DNA of 64,000 bases from Sedimentisphaeraceae bacterium JB056 (GTDB lineage: Bacteria > Planctomycetota > Phycisphaerae > Sedimentisphaerales > Sedimentisphaeraceae), in NCBI GenBank assembly GCA_044440125.1, contig JBITAJ010000021.1:160001-224000 (forward strand), read 5' to 3'. Under the pieces are notes generated by a model that was given only the letters and a program-made list of their open reading frames with translations, was not told the origin of the DNA and did not search any database. Positions within the stretch are counted from its first letter, which is position 1. Every line of letters begins with the position of its first letter. The translations under genes and the position numbers were made by a program. Positions 39,292 through 48,732 of the stretch are shown here, one piece after another.

Positions 39292-41568
39292 ATGAAGCTG
39301 TTGGTTAAATTATCTTTATTGATTGTTGCTTTTTGCTTTTTCCTTATTTCTGAAACTGCCGCAAATCAGCCTCAGAAGGCGGGCATTAAACACGGCGACA
39401 TATTAATGCGAAGTTTGAGAGTCTGGCCTAAAGATGAAAACGACTCAAGAGATACCCTTAAAACAGCCAAAGAGTTCAAGGTTGACAAAATAGTGTGGAT
39501 ATATGAAAACACGCCAGAATTCAACCAAAAGGTTCGTAAAGCCGGTATTGGTATAGGCACAACAATGTCTGACAACGCACGAGAATCGTGGTTTGGCAAG
39601 CTAAGCGAAAGTCAAGCTTCCGAGTTTATTAACAAATATACAATCAGAAACTTAAAAGGCGAGCAGGTAATACCGAAACACTTCACACACTTCTCAAACG
39701 GCTACACTGCTCATTTTGTACCTGATATGACTATCGAAAAATGGGCAAATGTTTATATAGACTACCTAACAGGTCTCTATAATACAGGCATTGAAACGAT
39801 ACACCGCGACGACCCTGCCTCAACCGCCTGGTCACCACGTTGCGGCGGAACATTCACGGATTCGGCTGTCGAATATTTCCGTAATTATCTGGAAGATAAC
39901 TACGACATCAAACAACTGAAACAATGGGGTGTTGATGATATTAAAACATTCAACGTCAGAGAACACTTTTTAGCAATGAACGCACCCACGGATAATTCAC
40001 TTTGGCAATGGCGAGAAAGCCCGCTTATGAGAATATACCTGGATGCCCTGCAAAAAGCGAACGTCGACTTCTTTATAAAAGTGCGCAGCGAAGTTGAGAA
40101 AGCTACAGGCATGTCAATACCGTGGTCGCGTAATGGTGTTGGTGCCTTTGATGAGATCGACAAGGCATTTGATTTCCGTATCGGTGAATATCAGCGACAT
40201 CACAGCCAGCCGCAAACAATGCTGAAAATGTCTCGCTATGCAGCTGATGCTGGTAAAATGCAGGCAACCATATCTATGGTGGACGGCAAATGGAACGAAC
40301 ACCCAGAAGAATTTGTATCAGAAACACGCAAACATATCGCCACCGCCTACGCTGTCGGGATGATCCCGCTTGTACCGTGGTGTATGTATATGCATCAGGC
40401 TCCAAGATATTACGGAGAAGTTGAGGATTTTGGCGACCTCTACCATTTTGTTGCCGCCAACAAAGAACTCTTCAACGGACATAAGCTAACCTGCGCAAAT
40501 GGTATTGATACGCTCGCTAATCTATATAGCTGGAAACCTAACAAAGAACTTATATACCCCGAAAATTCAACAAGAAATATTTTCAATATCAGCAAAGAAA
40601 ACGTATTCGCGTTTCTGCGTGAGAATAAAGATACCGGTTCAAAAGTTATCCATCTGATTGACTGGAATAACAAAAATGAGAGCTTCACATTTTCTTTCTC
40701 TCCTGAGGCGATAGTTGATACCAACGCCGCAACGCTCACAATATTGCAATATGGCAGTAAAAATATAACCATAGACAATTACACAGGCGGCGATATCAAC
40801 ATGGCAGCGATATCACCATGGGCCTTGGTAACAGTAGAACCGGCTAAATCAACAAAGACTGCTTCACCGGTAATACTTTCACCATCTCGCCGTATCACAG
40901 CACAAGGCACTGAACTGATTATTGATGTTGAAGATAACTGTAACGTATTCTACAAAATCAATGATGGTGATTTCAAAAAATACAGCACTAACAACAAACC
41001 TGTCATAAACCAGAACGGAACTATCCAGGCTTATGCTGTAAAAAAATCTGACGCCAGTAAATCAGATATAGTTACTGTTAATTTTGAAACATTCATTGAT
41101 AGAAGCGTTTGCGAATCTGTAATTGCATCGGCACGCCCGGCAGCAAGACTCGAAAAGTCGTTCAAGAAAATAAGAGGCGAGATGAAAGTAAACGAATCAT
41201 TCCTCGCTAATGATATTTATGTGGGTGGGGAAAAAATCAAACGCGCCGTAGCAACACAAGGCAGTGCACTGATAACCTGCAAGACAGACCCTTCATGGAA
41301 ATACTTCACAGTGAAAGCCGCTGTTGATGATGCGGAAGACCGCCGCCCTGCCGTAAGATTTCAAGTAATGTTTGATGATAAGATGGCATACGAAACGCCA
41401 ATACTCAACCCATCTAAATTGATCATAGCCGATCAGGATAGAAAAGTATTTGATATTGCACTGGAAATACCGAAAGGCACTTCCAATATTCGCCTCGTAT
41501 CATTCCCATGCGGATTTTTCCATGACCAGAATAATGTAATCTGGATAGAACCGATAGCGTACAAATAA
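39292..41568 (+). CDS. Secreted unassigned-family protein (paralog D) with Fn3/CHB-like and NPCBM (CBM51-like) C-terminal domains
   Basis: KIVWIY, TIHRDDP, IGEY, AYAVG..VPW, RYYG, HLIDW, SPWA. The C-terminal FTVKAAVDD..VRFQVMFD...NVIWIEP resembles NPCBM. Confidence 0.75.
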   Translation: MKLLVKLSLLIVAFCFFLISETAANQPQKAGIKHGDILMRSLRVWPKDENDSRDTLKTAKEFKVDKIVWIYENTPEFNQKVRKAGIGIGTTMSDNARESWFGKLSESQASEFINKYTIRNLKGEQVIPKHFTHFSNGYTAHFVPDMTIEKWANVYIDYLTGLYNTGIETIHRDDPASTAWSPRCGGTFTDSAVEYFRNYLEDNYDIKQLKQWGVDDIKTFNVREHFLAMNAPTDNSLWQWRESPLMRIYLDALQKANVDFFIKVRSEVEKATGMSIPWSRNGVGAFDEIDKAFDFRIGEYQRHHSQPQTMLKMSRYAADAGKMQATISMVDGKWNEHPEEFVSETRKHIATAYAVGMIPLVPWCMYMHQAPRYYGEVEDFGDLYHFVAANKELFNGHKLTCANGIDTLANLYSWKPNKELIYPENSTRNIFNISKENVFAFLRENKDTGSKVIHLIDWNNKNESFTFSFSPEAIVDTNAATLTILQYGSKNITIDNYTGGDINMAAISPWALVTVEPAKSTKTASPVILSPSRRITAQGTELIIDVEDNCNVFYKINDGDFKKYSTNNKPVINQNGTIQAYAVKKSDASKSDIVTVNFETFIDRSVCESVIASARPAARLEKSFKKIRGEMKVNESFLANDIYVGGEKIKRAVATQGSALITCKTDPSWKYFTVKAAVDDAEDRRPAVRFQVMFDDKMAYETPILNPSKLIIADQDRKVFDIALEIPKGTSNIRLVSFPCGFFHDQNNVIWIEPIAYK

Positions 41569-41570
41569 TT

Positions 41571-41692
41571 GTAACTGTTCACACCACTTACAAAATATAG
41601 TATGAATATACTAAGATAACTATTGGTCAGAAATCGTCAACCGTTTTTAGAGCGTATTATTGATGAATTTGGTTAAATGCGTGAACGGCTAC
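41571..41692. mobile_element. 122-bp MITE with 12-bp TIRs and an 8-bp target-site duplication (IS66-family-like ends)
   Basis: GTAACTGTTCAC...GTGAACGGCTAC (10/12 complementary), flanked by AAATAATT at 41563-41570 and 41693-41700. Confidence 0.8.
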
Positions 41693-41731
41693 AAATAATT
41701 AAAGAAACCACAATAAACTTCAACAAGAAAA

Positions 41732-43981
41732 ATGCAGCATATTAAATTATACGTTTCCGTAGGTGGAAACGACCAATGGTCGGGGCAACTGCCGCAAGCA
41801 ACTATTGAGAAAAATGATGGACCACTGATGACCATTGAGGCGGCTCGCGACAAAATAAGACAAATAAGGGAAGGTTCTCAAGAGCCGTTTAGTGCTACCG
41901 TATTCATACGCGAAGGACTCTATGAACTCAACCAGACGGTAGTCTTTGGCTTGGAAGACAGCGGTGAGGGAAATTGCCGAATATCTTACGAAGCCTATCC
42001 TGATGAAAAACCGGTATTAACTGGCAGCACTCAGGTAACCGGATGGAAGCCTCTCAACCACTCGGTTGAAGGATTGAGCGAAGAGGCAGCAGCTAATATC
42101 TGGATAGCTGATATACCCGAAGGTATTGAAAATTTCAAGGCATTATACGCAAGCGGCAAATCGCTTAGCCGTGCCAGAGGCAAAGGCTTCAAGCCTACCG
42201 TTTCAGGATTCTGGGAAGATGCAGAATGCTGGGAAAAAGGTTCTCGCACGCAGCTTCATTTTCCCGAAGGTGCTCTGAAAAATTGGAGAAATATAGAAGA
42301 TGTCGAAATCGTCATCCGGCCGTGGTGTCTTTGGACGATGAATATTCTGCCGCTCAAATCCGTTGATGAAGAAAACTGCATCGCGAATACAGGTATTGAA
42401 GGTTCTTACTTTCTTACTCGTGAACGATATTTCCGTTTTCCAGATGAGTGCGTTTGGGCTGAAAACATACCTGAAGGAATGACTGCCCCTTTACGCTGGA
42501 TGGTCAACACTCAAAGTAGAACAATCTATCTCTGGAGTAAAGACGGCAAAAAACCTGAAAATATCACTATACCTCGACTGCGAGAACTTATCAAAGTTGA
42601 AGGTAAGATAAGAGAAGACCAGCCCACCGATATTCCGGCGACCAATATATCATTCAAGAATTTAGCCTTCACACAAGGCGACCGCGACAGCTGGACTAAT
42701 GACCATAAAGGCGTGCAGCACGATTGGGAAATGTGGGATGAGGGTAACGCTTTGCTCAGGCTAAGAGGCGCGGAAAATTGCGAAGTAATAGACTGCGACT
42801 TCAATAACTCAGCAGGCAGCGGAATCAGACTCGACCTTCACTGCCAATACAATCGTATTGAAGGCAATCATATCGGCCACCTTGGCGCAACAGGAATTTT
42901 TCTTGGCGGTTATGGCGCTGGTACAAAAAATGTAAACAACAAAAATCAGATACGCAATAACCACATACACGACTGCGGACAAATTTACTGGCACGCATCA
43001 GGCATCGCTGTTCACCAGAGCGGTGAAAACACAATCGCTCACAACCTGCTCTACAACCTGCCATATTCTGGAATCGTAGTTGTTGGTATCCGCCCCGGTT
43101 TTTTAAGAAAAGAAGTTCGTGAGGCAATTTTGAGCGGTAACAGAAATTTTGACCGCTCATTCATACCGATAAAAGAAAATATGCGAACACAAAGCATCCG
43201 TGAAATTTGCTCTCATGTTCGCTGGAATGAGGTTACAGTAGTAGATGGGCTTTCTCTAACAGATGAAATGACCGCAACTTTACCATTCATACATACAAGA
43301 TCAAACATCATCGAATACAACGAAATACACGATATAATGCAGGTTCTCGGTGATGGCAACGGTATCTATATCAGCGACTGCGGACCATACAACGTGCTGC
43401 GGTACAATCGCATATACAATATGACACATGCTTTCGGTGTCGGTATCCGTACAGATGCATGGCAAAGAGATACGCTTGTCGAAGGCAACATAATTCACGA
43501 CTGCCGCGGCGGACTTGCCGTATCAGCAAATAATTTAGCTTTGAATAATATTGTAGCCTTCATACGTTCAACAGGACTCGAAGGACAGAAAGAAGGCGAA
43601 ACGGACAGGGAAGTATTCAGCCCAATCTATTACCACCTCGACCGTGCTGATGGATTCAACGATGGCACAATACAACGAAATATCTGTTATCATGAAGGCG
43701 AGTATCCTGTAAAGTTCAATCTTGAAATGGTTGATAAAAATTCAGATACACCAAAACAGCTTGTTGATTTCAATATATTCTTCTGGAAAGACGAAGATGA
43801 CAAATGCAAATCCACACTTGAAGACCTACACGATTACGGCTACGATAAAAACAGCATTGTCGCAGACCCCCTCTTCGCAGATGCAGAGGCGAGAGATTTC
43901 CGTCTGAGACCGGATTCCAAAGCACTCACTTTGGGTATCAGGTCTCTGCCACAAGACAAAATGGGACTCGAAGCAAAATGA
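41732..43981 (+). CDS. Right-handed parallel beta-helix glycoside hydrolase, GH141-like, no signal peptide
   Basis: YVSVGGNDQWSG..DGPLMTIEAARD, YEAYPDEKPVLTG, repeated NxIxxNxIxD rungs, LGDGNGIY, ADPLF..DFRL. Confidence 0.75.
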   Translation: MQHIKLYVSVGGNDQWSGQLPQATIEKNDGPLMTIEAARDKIRQIREGSQEPFSATVFIREGLYELNQTVVFGLEDSGEGNCRISYEAYPDEKPVLTGSTQVTGWKPLNHSVEGLSEEAAANIWIADIPEGIENFKALYASGKSLSRARGKGFKPTVSGFWEDAECWEKGSRTQLHFPEGALKNWRNIEDVEIVIRPWCLWTMNILPLKSVDEENCIANTGIEGSYFLTRERYFRFPDECVWAENIPEGMTAPLRWMVNTQSRTIYLWSKDGKKPENITIPRLRELIKVEGKIREDQPTDIPATNISFKNLAFTQGDRDSWTNDHKGVQHDWEMWDEGNALLRLRGAENCEVIDCDFNNSAGSGIRLDLHCQYNRIEGNHIGHLGATGIFLGGYGAGTKNVNNKNQIRNNHIHDCGQIYWHASGIAVHQSGENTIAHNLLYNLPYSGIVVVGIRPGFLRKEVREAILSGNRNFDRSFIPIKENMRTQSIREICSHVRWNEVTVVDGLSLTDEMTATLPFIHTRSNIIEYNEIHDIMQVLGDGNGIYISDCGPYNVLRYNRIYNMTHAFGVGIRTDAWQRDTLVEGNIIHDCRGGLAVSANNLALNNIVAFIRSTGLEGQKEGETDREVFSPIYYHLDRADGFNDGTIQRNICYHEGEYPVKFNLEMVDKNSDTPKQLVDFNIFFWKDEDDKCKSTLEDLHDYGYDKNSIVADPLFADAEARDFRLRPDSKALTLGIRSLPQDKMGLEAK

Positions 43982-45342
43982 GCAATAATCAAAAAACAAA
44001 TATAGTCTTCATACTTACCGATCATTTTAGACCCGATGCGGTATGCTCCAGCACGCCCAATCTTGAAAAGCTTGCTTCTAAGGGAGTTCTATTCACAAAC
44101 GCATACTGCGCCTCACCCTTATGTCAACCGGCAAGAACGAGCATTGCTACCGGTAAATTTCCATCTCAAACGGGTATTTGCGGCAATCAAAGCCCGCCTG
44201 TAAGCGACTCAATGAGAGATGACACCTACATCAACCATCTCCAAAATGGAGGCTACTGCACTGCACTTATCGGCAAGCATCATTTTATAGACCGTTACGG
44301 CATAGGGATGGATGTACGCAGCGATAAAGAGGAAGTGCAAAAATATGGATTTGATTACGTACTTCAAGTGCTTGATGATGGAGAGAACACCCACAACAAA
44401 GACAACTACACCGCCTATCTCGAAGAAAAAGGTCTATACAATGAGTTCATCAAAGTATTCCCCGACCGCGCATGGCAATGCAAGCCGCATCCTTTCGATG
44501 AAGATGATACGGTGGATGGTTTTATAGGAAATAACGCGATAAAATTCATAACCGATTACAGTGAAAACAAACCCTTCTATCTGAATGTAGGTTTTGTCGG
44601 TCCACACCCTCCATTCTGGCATCCGGGACAGCTAAAACATAAACCGGAAAACTTGGCAGACCCTATCGGTGCGACTTTTAGCGAAGAAGATAAAATAATG
44701 AAGGCCCATTTTATGGACAGATGCAGCCTTATCGACAAATACATCGGCAAGCTTGTTGATGCCTTGAAGCAAAAGGGAATATATGAAAACACACTAATCG
44801 TTTTCAGCAGCGACCATGGCGAAATGGGCGGCGATTTCGGCATCTGGGATAAAAGATTCTGCTATGAACAAAGCTGGGGTGTACCGCTTATAATATCCGG
44901 CTCACTTGTTACAGGACAGCAGCGAAAATGCGGCAACAGAGTAAGCAAATCACTCGTATCACATCTCGACCTCTACCCCACTTTTTTGCATGCCGCAGGA
45001 ATAACACCATCTCTAAGCAGTAGCAGATGGGGCAAAAATATATTCAGCATGCTTGATGATCAGCCCGGCAGCGGACACGAAGATCTGCATGCCCAGCTCG
45101 GCACAGTACATATGATGAGAAATGGAAACTGGAAAATCAGCTACGACCCCGAAGCCGGTGGTGTGCAGTATCTGTTCAACCTGCGAAACGACCCAAAGGA
45201 GCTATGCAACCTCGCCGGAGTAGCCGGTTACGAAAATATAACATCTGAGCTTTTGGCAAAAATGCTCAACCATAGAATCCGACTAACTCAATTCACTCAG
45301 GTGAAAGAAGAGCAGCGGGTGCAGGATGCCAGGACACTCTAA
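43978..45342 (+). CDS. Cys-type S1 sulfatase (choline-sulfatase-like), cytoplasmic
   Basis: NIVFILTDH, CQPAR, GKHH, PHPP, SSDHG. Confidence 0.93.
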   Translation: MSNNQKTNIVFILTDHFRPDAVCSSTPNLEKLASKGVLFTNAYCASPLCQPARTSIATGKFPSQTGICGNQSPPVSDSMRDDTYINHLQNGGYCTALIGKHHFIDRYGIGMDVRSDKEEVQKYGFDYVLQVLDDGENTHNKDNYTAYLEEKGLYNEFIKVFPDRAWQCKPHPFDEDDTVDGFIGNNAIKFITDYSENKPFYLNVGFVGPHPPFWHPGQLKHKPENLADPIGATFSEEDKIMKAHFMDRCSLIDKYIGKLVDALKQKGIYENTLIVFSSDHGEMGGDFGIWDKRFCYEQSWGVPLIISGSLVTGQQRKCGNRVSKSLVSHLDLYPTFLHAAGITPSLSSSRWGKNIFSMLDDQPGSGHEDLHAQLGTVHMMRNGNWKISYDPEAGGVQYLFNLRNDPKELCNLAGVAGYENITSELLAKMLNHRIRLTQFTQVKEEQRVQDARTL

Positions 45343-45369
45343 GATTTCACCAATAAAGGGATTGAATAA

Positions 45370-46902
45370 ATGTTACGAAGAGACTTTATAAAACTTACAG
45401 CCGCGGGACTGCTTACTTCTGCTAATCTATCCTTAGCCAACGCAGAAAAAAACAGCACCTGCCACAAGCCCAACATACTGCTTATAGTCGCTGATGATTT
45501 GGGTCATGGTGATTTGAGCTGTTTTGCCCAAGATGGTATGCTCTCACCACAGGAAAAAAAGTCAGGACACAAGTTACCTTCAATAAACACCCCGAATATT
45601 GATGCTATCGCAGCCGATGGAATTAAACTGACAGACTTCTACGCCAACGGACCGGTCTGTTCACCAACACGTACAGCACTTATGACAGGACGCTATCAGC
45701 ATCGAAGCGGCGTAGTAAACGTACTCGGTCAAACCGGAAACGCATACGCGGAAGTTTACCCGGAAGACAAGAAGCCTTTCGCCGGTCTTGACGAAAAAGA
45801 ATTAACGATTGCCGAAGTTTTGCAAACCGGCGGTTACCGAACGGCATGTATCGGGAAATGGCATCTGGGTCCTTTCTACCTGAATCAAGGCTATCATCCT
45901 CTCGATTACGGATTTGATTATTTTGTAGGCCCAAGCGGAAATGCCGGAGACAACTTTTCTATGCAGCAGGATGGATTATCCTATTTTTGGCGAAATCGAA
46001 AACGAGCAAAATCACCGGGCTACTATTTCACTGATGTTCTTGCCGATGAAGCTATCTGCTTTATGAAAAAGAAAAGCAACAAACCATTTTTTGTTTATCT
46101 GCCATTCACTGCACCGCATGGACCACTTGTCGGCCCAAATGATAAGGAAGATGCAAACAAATGGGACGAGAAAGGGCATTTCCGAACAGACTTTGGACGT
46201 GCGTATAAGGAAATTGTTGAGGCTTTAGATAAGGCAGTCGGCAGAGTAATGGCATCACTGAAAGAAATGAACATTGAGGGAAACACCTTTGTAATGTTTA
46301 TCTCCGATAATGGACAGTGCGGCTTTGGCAGAGCTCCATTCAACCAGCATCAGGGCAAACAAACCGTATATGAAGGCGGAATAAGAGTACCGGCGATGAT
46401 GAAATGGAAGGGTAAAATCCCAAAAGGCAAAGTAATATCACAACCTCTGGCGACTATGGACATATTCCCCACCCTTATCTCCGTTTCCGGTTGCAAGCTT
46501 CCTGCCAACGCGAAAACGCTTGACGGCATAGATATGACTCCGATATTTTCAGGCAAACCTACAGGTGATAATAGAATGCTATTCTGGGAAGCGCCGTATC
46601 AGGTTTGGATAAAATATTTTGCCAATAGGATATGGGCAGTGCGTCAAGGCAAATGGAAGCTAATGCAATCGCACATAACAGAACCGCTCGAACTCTACGA
46701 CCTTGAAAACGACCCTGCCGAGATTAACAATATCGCGGATAAAAATCCGCAAATCGTAAAAGAGATGCACAAGGCTTTCCAGAAATGGTTCAGTGATGTT
46801 TACGCTGATTGTCCATATAATCTGGAAGATTTTATAGAACGACTCAAAGAAAACGGACTCATCACCAAAGAAAGTACAGAAGAAGTAAAAGAAGGATATT
46901 GA
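45370..46902 (+). CDS. Tat-exported Cys-type S1 arylsulfatase-like enzyme
   Basis: Tat motif MLRRDFIK; PNILLIVADDLG, CSPTR, GKWHLG, SDNG, YEGGIRVP. Confidence 0.95.
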   Translation: MLRRDFIKLTAAGLLTSANLSLANAEKNSTCHKPNILLIVADDLGHGDLSCFAQDGMLSPQEKKSGHKLPSINTPNIDAIAADGIKLTDFYANGPVCSPTRTALMTGRYQHRSGVVNVLGQTGNAYAEVYPEDKKPFAGLDEKELTIAEVLQTGGYRTACIGKWHLGPFYLNQGYHPLDYGFDYFVGPSGNAGDNFSMQQDGLSYFWRNRKRAKSPGYYFTDVLADEAICFMKKKSNKPFFVYLPFTAPHGPLVGPNDKEDANKWDEKGHFRTDFGRAYKEIVEALDKAVGRVMASLKEMNIEGNTFVMFISDNGQCGFGRAPFNQHQGKQTVYEGGIRVPAMMKWKGKIPKGKVISQPLATMDIFPTLISVSGCKLPANAKTLDGIDMTPIFSGKPTGDNRMLFWEAPYQVWIKYFANRIWAVRQGKWKLMQSHITEPLELYDLENDPAEINNIADKNPQIVKEMHKAFQKWFSDVYADCPYNLEDFIERLKENGLITKESTEEVKEGY

Positions 46903-48722
46903 TGGATTGTAAAAAAAATAAAACCTCCGGCGATGGCGTGCCAAAATCAAAAGTTGCCGCCCTTCCCAATGACGACTGGAGATTAATCGAGAACGGCTCA
47001 CTCATACATGCTGCTCAAGGTTACAGCGACCAGCCATATTTCATAAGAACTGACGATGGAGCATTGCTGCTTGTATGCACTACCGGCAGATTGGAAGAAG
47101 GCGAAATCGGTCAGCATATTATAAGCTGCCGCAGCACGGATAATGGGCAGACATGGGAAAAACCTGTAGCGATAGAACCTTCTGATGGCCCTGAAGCTTC
47201 ATGGGCGGTGTTACATAAAACACCTTCGTCAAGAGTATATGCTTTCTACACCTATAACGCCGATAACGTCAGAGAAATACCGGCAGATGCAGATATTTAC
47301 CCCGAAGGAATTTGCCGGCGGGTTGACACAATCGGCTACTTTGCCTACAAATACTCCGATGACAATGGCAAAAGCTGGTCGAAAAATCGTTGGATTGCTC
47401 CGATGCGTAAATTCAAGCTCGACCGCGAAAACCCTACCGGCGGTAAAATATTCTATTTCTGGAATGTCGGCAAGCCGTTCACTCATAACGATAACGTCTA
47501 TCTCCCGATAATCAAGGTCGGCACCTTCGGCAAAGGCATGTTCGCTCATTCAGAAGGAGCATTGCTTTGCAGTAATAATCTCCAATACGAATCCGACCCC
47601 GAAAAGTTAAACTTTGAAACTCTCCCCGAAGGAGATATTGGAATCTGCGCCCCCGAAGGCGAGGAGCCGGTATCCGAAGAACACAGCTTTGCCGTACTAA
47701 GCGATGGCACAATCTTCTGTGTCTTTAGAACAGTCAGCGGATATTCCGCCTGTTGCTACAGCTCAGATGCCGGACGAAACTGGACAAAACCAGACTTCAT
47801 GAGATACCCCGACGGCAGAAAAATCAAAAACCCCCGCGCCGCTAATTTTATATGGACACTTTCGGGCAACCGCTATCTATACTGGTTTCATAACAACAAT
47901 GGCAAAACGTATAACGACAGAAACCCGGCATGGCTGCTCGCCGCATTTGAGACTGACACTCCGCAGGGAAAACGACTGGAATTTTCACAACCTGAAATAC
48001 TGCTCTATACTCATGGTGACATAAATCGCCGTATGTCCTACCCCGACCTTCTCGAACTTGACGACGGCAGTTTACTTGTTTCTGAAACGGAAAAACTTTT
48101 CGCACGATTGCATAAGATTCCACGTCAGTTTGTAGAAAAAATCTGTGAACAAAAACAAACTCTGCCGCTTCCTTCCAAAGATAGTTTAATCTTTGAGTGG
48201 TATAAATCGGACGATGCCTGCTATGAAATGCCGCTGCCGCTAATGCCGCACTTCTTCGACAGATGGGCAAAAAAAGCTGAAGAAATTAACGGAGGCCTTA
48301 CTATAACTGTCAAAATTAATGATTGCCAAAACAGCCAAACTCTTCTTGATAATCGCGATAACAGCGGCAAAGGAATCACACTGTCAATAACAGATGACAG
48401 AAAAGTTAAAATAGAACTTTGCGATGGCAGAGTTGCCAGTTTTTGGCAAAGCACCAGTAACCTATCTGGAAAAGATGACTCGATAAGTGTTGTAATTGAT
48501 GGCGGCTCCGGTGTGATAAGCATAATAATCAACTGTAAATTTGATGATGGCGGAGATTTGCGACAATTCGGCTGGGGCAGATTGCATAATCAATTGCAGG
48601 ATGTAAACGCCGCAAAACTGCGAATAGCTGATCAGGTGGACGTATGCAGAATTTATAATCGCCATCTTCTAACAGCCGAAGCAATAGCCGACCAAAATAA
48701 TCTAAATCAGAAGCAACAATAG
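46902..48722 (+). CDS. Second sialidase-like Asp-box propeller with LamG-like domain, paralog of 37414-39273
   Basis: YSDQPY, STDNGQTW, SDDNGKSW, FWNVGK, SEEHSF, KNPRAANF, SYPD, RQFGWGR shared with the first copy. Confidence 0.8.
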   Translation: MDCKKNKTSGDGVPKSKVAALPNDDWRLIENGSLIHAAQGYSDQPYFIRTDDGALLLVCTTGRLEEGEIGQHIISCRSTDNGQTWEKPVAIEPSDGPEASWAVLHKTPSSRVYAFYTYNADNVREIPADADIYPEGICRRVDTIGYFAYKYSDDNGKSWSKNRWIAPMRKFKLDRENPTGGKIFYFWNVGKPFTHNDNVYLPIIKVGTFGKGMFAHSEGALLCSNNLQYESDPEKLNFETLPEGDIGICAPEGEEPVSEEHSFAVLSDGTIFCVFRTVSGYSACCYSSDAGRNWTKPDFMRYPDGRKIKNPRAANFIWTLSGNRYLYWFHNNNGKTYNDRNPAWLLAAFETDTPQGKRLEFSQPEILLYTHGDINRRMSYPDLLELDDGSLLVSETEKLFARLHKIPRQFVEKICEQKQTLPLPSKDSLIFEWYKSDDACYEMPLPLMPHFFDRWAKKAEEINGGLTITVKINDCQNSQTLLDNRDNSGKGITLSITDDRKVKIELCDGRVASFWQSTSNLSGKDDSISVVIDGGSGVISIIINCKFDDGGDLRQFGWGRLHNQLQDVNAAKLRIADQVDVCRIYNRHLLTAEAIADQNNLNQKQQ

Positions 48723-48732
48723 AGAGCTCAAT

